The notes under the pieces were generated by a model. It was not told the DNA's origin. It ran no database searches and worked only from the letters and a program-made list of their open reading frames with translations. Both the position numbers and the translations under genes were made by a program. Below, in pieces: positions 1 through 6,856 of a DNA stretch of 30,129 nt. Every line of letters starts with the position of its first letter. Position 1 is the first letter of the stretch. The DNA is from a virus. Its lineage: Duplodnaviria > Heunggongvirae > Uroviricota > Caudoviricetes. The stretch is from the IMG/VR virus record IMGVR_UViG_3300029288_000083, positions 1 to 30,129 of that record. The stretch is one strand, 5' to 3'.

Positions 1-313
1 GATTGTAATAACCGTAGTACCAATAGCCTGATTCGCCTTTATATTTAGTTGAGTAGTTATCTCTAACAGTATAGACTAGTAGTTCGTGTTGGAATTTAAA
101 AGTGAATACGAACACGATGATAAGCCAAGAAAGACAGAATGGTACGGACAGTGTGTACCATAAAAGTCGAACAAGCAGGAATAGAATATTCAGCAAGTTA
201 ATAGGTTTAATAGATGTGATTGACACTTTTGCTGGTTCAATTTGCGTTATAGCAAAACGGCCATCGTATCCTTCATCAGACGAGTATTTATCGCATTGTG
301 GGTAGGCAGACAT
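1..313 (-). CDS. Hypothetical membrane protein, partial (runs off the left edge)
   Basis: ATG at 313, open frame MSAYPQCDKY...LLNILFLLVRLLWYTLSVPFCLSWLIIVFVF... to the window edge. Absent from the ORF track because there is no stop in the window. Confidence 0.6.
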   Translation of the reverse strand, partial: MSAYPQCDKYSSDEGYDGRFAITQIEPAKVSITSIKPINLLNILFLLVRLLWYTLSVPFCLSWLIIVFVFTFKFQHELLVYTVRDNYSTKYKGESGYWYYGYYN

Positions 314-324
314 AGTTGTAATCT

Positions 325-846
325 TTAGTAATTAATATCAGTAATAACAGTTGGCAGAATTTTGTTAATTGTAATTTTGTTTGCAACACCAAGATCTGTT
401 TCATCGTAGTAAACTTGTGAGCCTTTTGGTATTGTGCATTCAACAATTACGTATTCTTTTTGAATGCCAGAATCAATAGCACGTCTAATGGTTTTGTAAA
501 AGTGGAAACCTTTAGCATAAACTGCAAGGCGTTTCTTTTTTAAATATTCGATTCTTTCTGTGTATGACCTAGGTCCCTTTATGTTATAATGGATTCCTAC
601 GATATCATCTGCGTGTGCAGTTGAGCCTGGGTTCAAATCGTTGCTGTCTAAGTCGATTTGCGAAATTCGAGTTTCGTAAAGGTTTCCTAGTATGTATTCA
701 AATCCTTGTGATGAGCTGCTAACTCGTAGTTCATCAGGTTCGTCTTTATCGTTTGTTATAAAGATTGGAAGTCATTCAACTTTTTTATAAACCGTGATAT
801 CTTCGGTAAGGATCTTCGGTGTAATTTGTTTAGTTACAAGACACAT
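325..846 (-). CDS. Phage hypothetical protein (paralog of 19343..19792) with an in-frame TGA at codon 25 (772-774): readthrough or pseudogene
   Basis: ATG at 846: MCLVTKQITPKILTEDITVYKKVE-TGA-LPIF... stays open and in frame into the track ORF 325..636. Both termini match the paralog (MCL.T.Q..P.I.....TVYK..E; GFHF...CTIPKGS.V..D.T.LG..NKI.IN). Confidence 0.75.
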
Positions 847-850
847 GATT

Positions 851-1105
851 TTAGTATTTAGGTTCAGTATTATTTACGTCACGTACGAACATAATTGTTT
901 GGACAAGCATAATGCCAATGATAACGAGTATGTCAGCAACAAGTCCAATGATATAAGCAATGAACAAGTTTAAGATAGAGAAATTTGCAATGCCAATGAT
1001 AATCATAGAGATAACAGGCAGAGCGTGAAGTGCCATTATAAGAGCGACGATAGGTCGTTTAATAATGAATGCTTTAAGTTTAGGATTTTCGATTTTCATT
1101 TTCAT
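851..1105 (-). CDS. Small membrane protein (2 TM)
   Basis: ORF track; two hydrophobic stretches; tightly packed with neighbours. Confidence 0.75.
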   Translation of the reverse strand: MKMKIENPKLKAFIIKRPIVALIMALHALPVISMIIIGIANFSILNLFIAYIIGLVADILVIIGIMLVQTIMFVRDVNNTEPKY

Positions 1106-1313
1106 TCAAGAATTCGTTAAACGTTGGAATTGTTTTTTTTAATGTTGATGGTTCGCATACCGGTGGTTTATTGAATTTCGATGCAAGGAATGCTATGAAA
1201 AACATAAACGGTAATATCGGCCAGAACATACCAGCAGCAGGTTCAATGTCAAAGAATACTCCAATAAATAGTACGACTAGCAAATAGCCAAGTATGAATA
1301 ATTCAGTTATCAT
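1080..1313 (-). CDS. Small membrane protein
   Basis: ORF track; hydrophobic N-terminal half including FWPILP. Confidence 0.75.
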   Translation of the reverse strand: MITELFILGYLLVVLFIGVFFDIEPAAGMFWPILPFMFFIAFLASKFNKPPVCEPSTLKKTIPTFNEFLNENENRKS

Positions 1314-1322
1314 AAGTAGAAT

Positions 1323-1676
1323 TTAAAATTTATACCAAGCGTTACATTTTTTAGTTTTAGCAGAAGGAGTTCGATGTTTAAGATTATCATAGTACATCGC
1401 AGTATCATTATCAATTGTATGTAAACGATAAAGTATTTTGAATTTAAAAACATTATCAATTGAGTAATGTTCTTCGACCTTGTTTGGTTTAGATGCCCAT
1501 AGATAAGGTCGGTCTCTATCGCCATTGTAGTATTTAATTTCAGGTTGGCCCATTATGAATGTATCAACTTGGCCGAAGTCAGTTGAGTTATGAGTTACCT
1601 CAACAAGGTTGACAGGACCATCGTATGGCGCGCATGCAAACAGAAAAAGTGGTAAAAGAAATAATAGCAGTTTCAT
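1323..1676 (-). CDS. Putative lipoprotein (paralog of 2303..2608)
   Basis: Signal peptide with lipobox LFAC; shared C..YDGP, DT.I.G.P and V..FKIL motifs. Confidence 0.75.
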   Translation of the reverse strand: MKLLLFLLPLFLFACAPYDGPVNLVEVTHNSTDFGQVDTFIMGQPEIKYYNGDRDRPYLWASKPNKVEEHYSIDNVFKFKILYRLHTIDNDTAMYYDNLKHRTPSAKTKKCNAWYKF

Positions 1677-1682
1677 AGTTAA

Positions 1683-1904
1683 TTAAATTAGTGCGTCAAT
1701 TATTAAATGAAAAGTTAATGATATCAGGAATACGAATGAGCAACCAAGAAATGCGAAAAAACAAAATTGGAATTGGAACAGCATATCCAATGTTGGGTTA
1801 AAGAATACACATGCAAGTATGAATAGAAGTAAACCGCCAAAGATACAACTAAAGATGCCAACGAATCTAGATACGTGATGCATCATGTTTGAAAGTATTC
1901 CCAT
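1683..1904 (-). CDS. Small membrane protein (2 TM)
   Basis: ORF track; hydrophobic. Confidence 0.7.
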   Translation of the reverse strand: MGILSNMMHHVSRFVGIFSCIFGGLLLFILACVFFNPTLDMLFQFQFCFFAFLGCSFVFLISLTFHLIIDALI

Positions 1905-1907
1905 AGA

Positions 1908-2117
1908 TTAATGAATAAAGATATCAGTTCCGTAAAGGTCAAGTCTTTTTGCTACAGGGTGACAACCTATGCAATGATATGATTGTGGTTTGTCGCCTAA
2001 TTCGATTTCCCAGCGCCAGTCTGTTATTTGTTCGAGCGTTGCGCCACAAGCAACAAGTATTTTCATGAACTGGTTTGCAGAGATTGTTTCGGATAATGAA
2101 AAGTATTTTTGTCCCAT
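1908..2117 (-). CDS. Hypothetical protein
   Basis: Start reassigned to MGQKYF (2117) because the longer track start lies in the promoter/leader. Confidence 0.7.
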   Translation of the reverse strand: MGQKYFSLSETISANQFMKILVACGATLEQITDWRWEIELGDKPQSYHCIGCHPVAKRLDLYGTDIFIH

Positions 2118-2141
2118 GATTATTTGTTTAATTGTTAAAAT

Positions 2142-2172
2142 CAAATATACAACATTATGAATACAATAGCAA
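2142..2172 (-). promoter_or_regulatory. Class I (host-sigma, early-type) promoter, copy 1
   Basis: Minus strand TTGCTATTG...GTTG-TATATTTG = TTG-N20-TAnnTTTG, the Bacteroidota -33/-7 consensus. Confidence 0.8.
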
Positions 2173-2219
2173 TAGTATATGAAATTATTTTTTAAGAATA
2201 TGAAACTATTTTTGAAAAC

Positions 2220-2296
2220 TGTATATAATAACTACTGTGGTTTCGGAAAGGGTAGTATGGAAAGACTATGGCTGAGGTAGTTCCATGACAGCAATT
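2220..2296 (+). ncRNA. Candidate plus-strand small RNA A behind a TGTATATAATA motif
   Basis: 20-nt identity (2217-2236) with 23583-23602; hairpin TATGGAA(2256-2262)/TTCCATG(2281-2287). Confidence 0.4.
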
Positions 2297-2302
2297 CTAG
2301 GA

Positions 2303-2608
2303 TTACTTATGTTCGTAGAAATAACAGTTACGTTTATAATTAACAGCAAGGGCGGAGTCAACATAACGGTCTCGAATTTGGTTTAATATTTTGAATGATC
2401 TAACATTATATATAACCATTGGCATAGCTTGTCCAGGAACATCTGCGGTGAGTTGGTAGTCGCTTAGTTTGGGTATACCTAAAATGAGTGTGTCACGTTG
2501 TTCATTATCTTTGCCTGTGTGCTGAACGACTACACGATAGAGAGGACCGTCATAATCAGAGCATGACGTTAGAATAGCGATTGCAATTGAAAGTAACAAG
2601 TATTTCAT
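2303..2608 (-). CDS. Putative lipoprotein (paralog of 1323..1676)
   Basis: Signal peptide with lipobox LTSC followed by SDYDGP. Confidence 0.75.
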   Translation of the reverse strand: MKYLLLSIAIAILTSCSDYDGPLYRVVVQHTGKDNEQRDTLILGIPKLSDYQLTADVPGQAMPMVIYNVRSFKILNQIRDRYVDSALAVNYKRNCYFYEHK

Positions 2609-2630
2609 ATATCAATAAATTAAAGTTTAA

Positions 2631-2667
2631 CAAAAAAATCCCGTACGCTCACTACAACGCACGGGAT
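2631..2667 (-). terminator. Intrinsic terminator whose loop carries the GTTGTAGTGAGC motif
   Basis: Minus strand ATCCCGT-GC-GTTGTAGTGA-GC-GT-ACGGGAT followed by a T run. Confidence 0.65.
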
Positions 2668-2740
2668 AAAGAAAGGAGTTCACCTAAAGTCGATTAAAGG
2701 TAAACGGATGGTGTCATCACGACATGCATCAAACTTAAAA

Positions 2741-3535
2741 CTATGAGTCTTTAATAACTCTGCCTTTACTCCATCCGTTTGGAATAACATCAGTTATTTT
2801 TATTTTTTTATTTTGTTTCAATTCTATATTGTGAATCCACATAGTTCCATGCTGCGAATTTTTATTGCCTGCTTGTTTCCCTGCGTGCGATTCTCTCATT
2901 TTTTGTTTTGTTTCGTCCGAGTGACATCGATTTGACCATACGTATACATAACCGTTGTCGATTAATGATGGACAATCGTCGATTCCTACTCTAATAACTA
3001 TGCCATCACGCGATACCATATTTACTCTACGTTTTAATTTATCACAAACGTAATGCGAGCCCTTCTTTGTACTTTGCAATGATTTGAGTTCACCTGATAA
3101 ATAACGAGGATCATCAGTATTCACACAAAACACATTACCGTTTGAATCAATAACTGCTACTCTATTTAACGCAATTGGTTTTAATTCGCCGGATGCATAA
3201 CGAGGATCATCAATTTTAATAAGAAACGTATGTCCTTCTGAATTTTTAACCATTACACTACCTATTGTATGAAAGCCATTGAATGGAATATAATAATTCT
3301 CATTTAAAGGATCTTCAATACAATTTGTTATTTCTTCTGTTTCAAACTTTAAAGCATCTTCTCTGCAAATAAAGTCATCTTTAATAATTTCCTTTTTCAA
3401 CTTTGTCTTATCAGGTTTCCAAGTTTTCATTGAACCTAGATAAGAATCTAGAGTAGGATGAACTTCTGAACTTCTGGAACCTATATAGAATTGTTTAGTT
3501 TCTATATGTTCAATTCGATATACATAATGATACAT
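2741..3535 (-). CDS. GIY-YIG (Seg-like) free-standing homing endonuclease 1
   Basis: N-terminal YVY-x10-YIG-SR; two to three DDPRY.SGEL repeats; NUMOD3-like HSDETKQKMRESHAGK; C-terminal WIHN...IPNGW.KGR. Confidence 0.85.
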   Translation of the reverse strand: MYHYVYRIEHIETKQFYIGSRSSEVHPTLDSYLGSMKTWKPDKTKLKKEIIKDDFICREDALKFETEEITNCIEDPLNENYYIPFNGFHTIGSVMVKNSEGHTFLIKIDDPRYASGELKPIALNRVAVIDSNGNVFCVNTDDPRYLSGELKSLQSTKKGSHYVCDKLKRRVNMVSRDGIVIRVGIDDCPSLIDNGYVYVWSNRCHSDETKQKMRESHAGKQAGNKNSQHGTMWIHNIELKQNKKIKITDVIPNGWSKGRVIKDS

Positions 3536-3560
3536 ACATTTAAATATTTTTAATTATTTA

Positions 3561-3571
3561 TATTATATATC
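3561..3571 (-). promoter_or_regulatory. Class II promoter-like motif (GATATATAATA) upstream of endonuclease 1
   Basis: Related motifs precede all four endonucleases and occur at 5130, 16996, 18772 and 28203. Confidence 0.5.
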
Positions 3572-3595
3572 AAAATTGATATAGGAATAAATTAA

Positions 3596-3663
3596 AGTTT
3601 AATATAGGAATCGAACCTATCTCTACCGGACAGCCGGTGCTTCGCCTTCTAAGCTTTCCGAAC
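3596..3663 (-). tRNA. tRNA-like element with shortened anticodon arm and degenerate acceptor 3' strand (pseudo-tRNA)
   Basis: GTTCGGA AA GCTT AGAAGGCG AAGC A CCGG-CTGT-CCGG TAGAG ATAGG TTCGATT CCTAT ATTAAAC; 4-nt anticodon loop. Confidence 0.65.
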
Positions 3664-3682
3664 AATTAGAAAAAAGTAAAAT

Positions 3683-3787
3683 TTATTCGACTTTACTTTT
3701 TTGGTTTTTTGTATACTTACGAGTTCCATAGATAATTAAACCGATGAAAGCAACTGCAAGTACGATTGTTGTTGGTGTTGAGATCAT
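3683..3787 (-). CDS. 34-aa single-TM microprotein
   Basis: MISTPTTIVLAVAFIGLIIYGTRKYTKNQKSKVE*; below the track length cut-off. Confidence 0.55.
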   Translation of the reverse strand: MISTPTTIVLAVAFIGLIIYGTRKYTKNQKSKVE

Positions 3788-3789
3788 AT

Positions 3790-4410
3790 ATTGAGTTATT
3801 AAGTTACAAATAAAAACGAGAGCAGATACATAAACTTACTAGCTTTATATATCCTTAACTGATATTAATCGCCATGGCTCATGTGTACTTTACGGCCGGC
3901 AATAACAGTTGTGCACTCGTTTAACTCTATGGCCTCGTCAACCGCAGCTGTATTTAATTCTTTACCAGTTACAAACCGGTGATTAACTTATGGTCCATTA
4001 CTTTTTTCCACACGTCAATCGAATAGGGTAACACTATGCGCAATACCCAGTACCTTATTAACAGTTAGTACCATCCCGTAGTATCATTGATATGTTATAT
4101 TGCTAAGTGCAGTCCACCTATTTACCTCAACGCCTTTTGTTGAGAACAATACAATAAAACTCAGCACCACCTGTTAGTTTCAACTTTCAACCCCGGATTG
4201 GTGGTCCTAGGTATCTTGTCACATCAGTATCCGCTGGTGAGGGCGTCCGTCTCCCTCATTAATTGAACCGCTGGTCAAACCAAATACCGCGGGCATGCAG
4301 GTGCTTTTAACCTAACTATTTATATCGGACTGAACCGACGCCCATAATCTTTAATAACAATCGCTCCACATGTCTTGGCCATTAAACGACAAGGGCACCG
4401 TGTTCAACGG
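3790..4410 (-). ncRNA. Large structured ncRNA candidate (GOLLD/ROOL-class context)
   Basis: About 620 nt with no credible ORF, GC visibly higher than the flanks, many hairpins (GAGGG/CCCTC, ACCACC/GGTGGT, CTCAAC/GTTGAG, GGGTA/TACCC, ACCGGT/ACTGGT); sits within the tRNA-like cluster. Boundaries approximate. Confidence 0.55.
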
Positions 4411-4453
4411 CAATCCCTCGGATGGACTCGAACCCTCATATGAGGAGGGATTG
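4411..4453 (-). ncRNA. tRNA minihelix (acceptor stem plus T-arm only)
   Basis: CAATCCCTC/GAGGGATTG stem enclosing a 7-nt linker and the T-arm GAGGG TTCGAGT CCATC. Confidence 0.6.
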
Positions 4454-4466
4454 TTATTTTTATTTT

Positions 4467-4585
4467 GTATCGTCGGAGAGATTCGAACTCTAAAAACGCG
4501 AAACGGATTCGAACCGTATTACAACCCAAGCCGCTTTCCTTCACCCTACGCGGGCGGCATCATCCAGATACAATGCTTCACGATA
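4467..4585 (-). ncRNA. Composite tRNA-like element with two T-arms
   Basis: TATCGTG AA GCAT..ATGC, hairpin CGCCC/GGGTG, inner T-arm TACGG TTCGAAT CCGTT, outer T-arm AGAG TTCGAAT CTCT, 3' ACGATA. Confidence 0.6.
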
Positions 4586-4595
4586 TTTATTTTTG

Positions 4596-4670
4596 CTACG
4601 GTAGTAGGGTTCGAACCTACAATGTCATGGCCGATTTGACCAGGCGAATGCGCCAATATTCTGTACCGTT
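4596..4670 (-). tRNA. Pseudo-tRNA with aberrant anticodon loop
   Basis: Acceptor ACGGTA/TACCGT, D-stem GAAT/ATTC, T-arm GTAGG TTCGAAC CCTAC; anticodon arm TGGTC-AAATC-GGCCA has a 5-nt loop and no U33. Confidence 0.65.
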
Positions 4671-4741
4671 ACCGTTTCTGAATTGCTCACTACAACAATT
4701 CAGTAACATTACTTGAATAAACAAGTTTATTAATTGATAAG

Positions 4742-4807
4742 CTTCCGGAATAGGCTCCGACCCTATTTCTCCAACTGGCGCATCAATCCACTTAATGCTT
4801 TCCGGAT
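4742..4807 (-). tRNA. tRNA-like element with near-deleted anticodon arm
   Basis: ATCCGGA AA GCAT TAAGTGGATTG ATGC G CCAGTTGG AGAA ATAGG GTCGGAG CCTAT TCCGGAA G (66 nt). Confidence 0.65.
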
Positions 4808-5129
4808 ACCGTACGGAATTTGCTCACTACAACAAATTCAATACCGGTGTATTAATTGATAAAGTTTTAAAGGCAGTTGAGGTTTCCTTTTGCTATAAAA
4901 CCTCAACCTTGAATGCCTCATGTTAATCTGGAAACAAACCCTCTTGCGATTTATCGTCACAGCAAGTAAGAACGGAATGTCTTAAAGTTATCGAAACAAC
5001 CCAGGTAATACATACAACCTAGCAATTTTTTGAAAGAACAACAGGCAACCTGAAAAAACGCCGAGAGAAATTATGTATAAAAAGCGGCGGTAAAAAAATC
5101 AGGTTCCTGTTGTTAATATTTTAATTTAT

Positions 5130-5140
5130 TATTATATACA
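5130..5140 (-). promoter_or_regulatory. Class II promoter-like motif TGTATATAATA heading the ncRNA/tRNA-like locus
   Basis: Exact motif match, followed by a long hairpin leader. Confidence 0.55.
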
Positions 5141-5180
5141 GAAGTATTTCAAAGTTTCAAATTAATTTTGATTTTATTAA

Positions 5181-5218
5181 AAGGAAAACCTTTAACAAGA
5201 TTATTAAAGGTTTTCCTT
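5181..5218 (-). terminator. Perfect 15-bp inverted repeat, probable terminator
   Basis: AAGGAAAACCTTTAA-8nt-TTAAAGGTTTTCCTT, just downstream of the 5238 stop. Confidence 0.75.
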
Positions 5219-5237
5219 ACAGAACAATTATTGGAAA

Positions 5238-5669
5238 TTATTTAACAGGAGTGATTTTAGTTAAAACAACGTTTCCTTTTTCGTCAACGATATGTTTTAA
5301 TCCACGTTGAGCAAGTTTGTATTCAACCGCCTCTTTTGTTACGAAGTTTGCGTTTCTTTGAGCAAGTTTGTAATCGGCAGAGTTTTTCAATTTGTTTTCT
5401 GCGTTTTTAGCAGCGATAGATTCATTGTATTTTTTTTGGTCAGCGATTTGTTCGTCAAGAGATTTGATACGAGATTCTTCAGTTCTTCTAGCAACCTCAG
5501 CTTTATTTGAACGAAGTGTGTGTTCAAATTCAGAAACAGCTCTACCGAAGTGATCTTTATAACCTTTAGAATTTCCACATTTCATTTTTCCAACAGGAAA
5601 TTCAAATGAGTCAGCAACAGTTTGATTTTGTTTTGCGATTTTCGATTGGATTTTTTTAGAGTTTTTCAT
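5238..5669 (-). CDS. Basic coiled-coil hypothetical protein (early)
   Basis: ORF track; start reassigned to MKNSKK; directly behind promoter copy 2. Confidence 0.75.
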   Translation of the reverse strand: MKNSKKIQSKIAKQNQTVADSFEFPVGKMKCGNSKGYKDHFGRAVSEFEHTLRSNKAEVARRTEESRIKSLDEQIADQKKYNESIAAKNAENKLKNSADYKLAQRNANFVTKEAVEYKLAQRGLKHIVDEKGNVVLTKITPVK

Positions 5670-5718
5670 AATTTTCAAGTTTTTGTAGTGAATGTTTATA
5701 TTTATCAATTATTATATT

Positions 5719-5749
5719 CAAATATACAACAATAATCAGGCAATAGCAA
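5719..5749 (-). promoter_or_regulatory. Class I promoter, copy 2
   Basis: TTG-N20-TATATTTG. Confidence 0.8.
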
Positions 5750-5832
5750 GGGTTTTGTTGTTTTTTTTTACTTTTTTTTAATTTTTTTTTGAAAGAACGG
5801 GTATTAATTTTGTTTTGTTTAATTGTTAAAAT

Positions 5833-5863
5833 CAAATATACAACATTATTGCAGCAATAGCAA
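5833..5863 (-). promoter_or_regulatory. Class I promoter, copy 3 (tandem with copy 2, no gene between)
   Basis: TTG-N20-TATATTTG. Confidence 0.8.
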
Positions 5864-5881
5864 TGGTTTGTGTATTTATTT

Positions 5882-6622
5882 TTAATTATTTTTACTTTTT
5901 ATTTCCATCATTTCAGCTTTTGTTCTTCTTTGCTTTCGTTTGACATAAATCTTCCGTCCTATTAACCAGCCATCTGGTATCTCTGTATCTTTTTTAATCC
6001 TTTTATTTTTTATCAATTCATCGCAGTGAATCCATATAGTGCCATACGTACTAGTCTGTTCGCCCACATACTTTTTATTTGCATCACTTATTTTTATTTT
6101 AGTTGCCAAAGATTTAATGTGTCCTACGTTATAGTGAACTAGTTCGCCATTCGCATATCTAGGATCGTCAATAGATACAATTAATTTATTACCGTTTTCA
6201 TCCTTTACTAATGTTTTTCCTGTTCGCTTTCCTGCATTCATATGTTCGTACTGTCCACTTGTATATAACGGATCATTAATTGAAATTTTAAACAATTTGC
6301 CGTTTTCATCTTTTACCGTTGTCATACCTGCATTTGTATGTTTGCCGGTTTTATAAAAAGCTGTATTCGGAATTGCGTAGTTTTCATTTAATGGATTATT
6401 GATATGCTTACGAATTTCAACTTCTTCAAATTGCAATGCAGATATTCTATCAGAAAAGTTATCTTTAATAATTTCTTTTATTAATTTTGTTTTATCAGGT
6501 TTCCATGTTTTCATTGAACCTACATAGTTAACGTCGTCTATTGGTTTGCAGCTGCAAGTTCGAGATCCAATATAAAATTGATTCGTTTCTATGTGTGTTA
6601 CTTTATATACATAATAATGCAT
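5882..6622 (-). CDS. GIY-YIG homing endonuclease 2
   Basis: YVY-x10-YIG-SR; two VKDENG...DP.Y..G repeats; NUMOD3-like segment; WIH...IPDGWLIGR. Confidence 0.85.
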   Translation of the reverse strand: MHYYVYKVTHIETNQFYIGSRTCSCKPIDDVNYVGSMKTWKPDKTKLIKEIIKDNFSDRISALQFEEVEIRKHINNPLNENYAIPNTAFYKTGKHTNAGMTTVKDENGKLFKISINDPLYTSGQYEHMNAGKRTGKTLVKDENGNKLIVSIDDPRYANGELVHYNVGHIKSLATKIKISDANKKYVGEQTSTYGTIWIHCDELIKNKRIKKDTEIPDGWLIGRKIYVKRKQRRTKAEMMEIKSKNN

Positions 6623-6676
6623 AATCTAAACTTTTTAATTTTGTTTAAATTATATATTCATTTTAGTATGGGTTAT

Positions 6677-6796
6677 TTATAAAGTTACTGGAGAGTTTAT
6701 CCATAGGATTAAAGCACCTAAGATAATTGCAATTCCGCAGTTGATTAAATCCGCTTTTGTAATTTTTGTTTTGGTTGAGGTATTTGTAGTTTCCAT
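6677..6796 (-). CDS. 39-aa single-TM microprotein
   Basis: METTNTSTKTKITKADLINCGIAIILGALILWINSPVTL*, directly behind promoter copy 4. Confidence 0.55.
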   Translation of the reverse strand: METTNTSTKTKITKADLINCGIAIILGALILWINSPVTL

Positions 6797-6825
6797 ATTG
6801 TTTGTTATTATCAATTATGTATATA

Positions 6826-6856
6826 CAAATATAAACTAAAAAGACCTCAATAGCAA
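6826..6856 (-). promoter_or_regulatory. Class I promoter, copy 4 (overlaps an 18-bp inverted repeat)
   Basis: TTG-N20-TATATTTG. Confidence 0.7.

Noticed and set aside
2220-2296. Hammerhead or twister ribozyme in the plus-strand small RNAs (also 7858-7916 and 14501-14580)
   Set aside because: The required cores (CUGANGA plus GAAA; twister pseudoknot motifs) could not be placed by eye.
4370-4716. Plus-strand ORFs 4370..4639 and 4465..4716
   Set aside because: They are the antisense of GC-rich tRNA-like elements, against the strand bias, with no protein-like features.
5752-5820. Poly-T tracts as a phase-variation or terminator element
   Set aside because: Low-complexity AT-rich spacer between tandem promoters, with no hairpin or coding frame affected.
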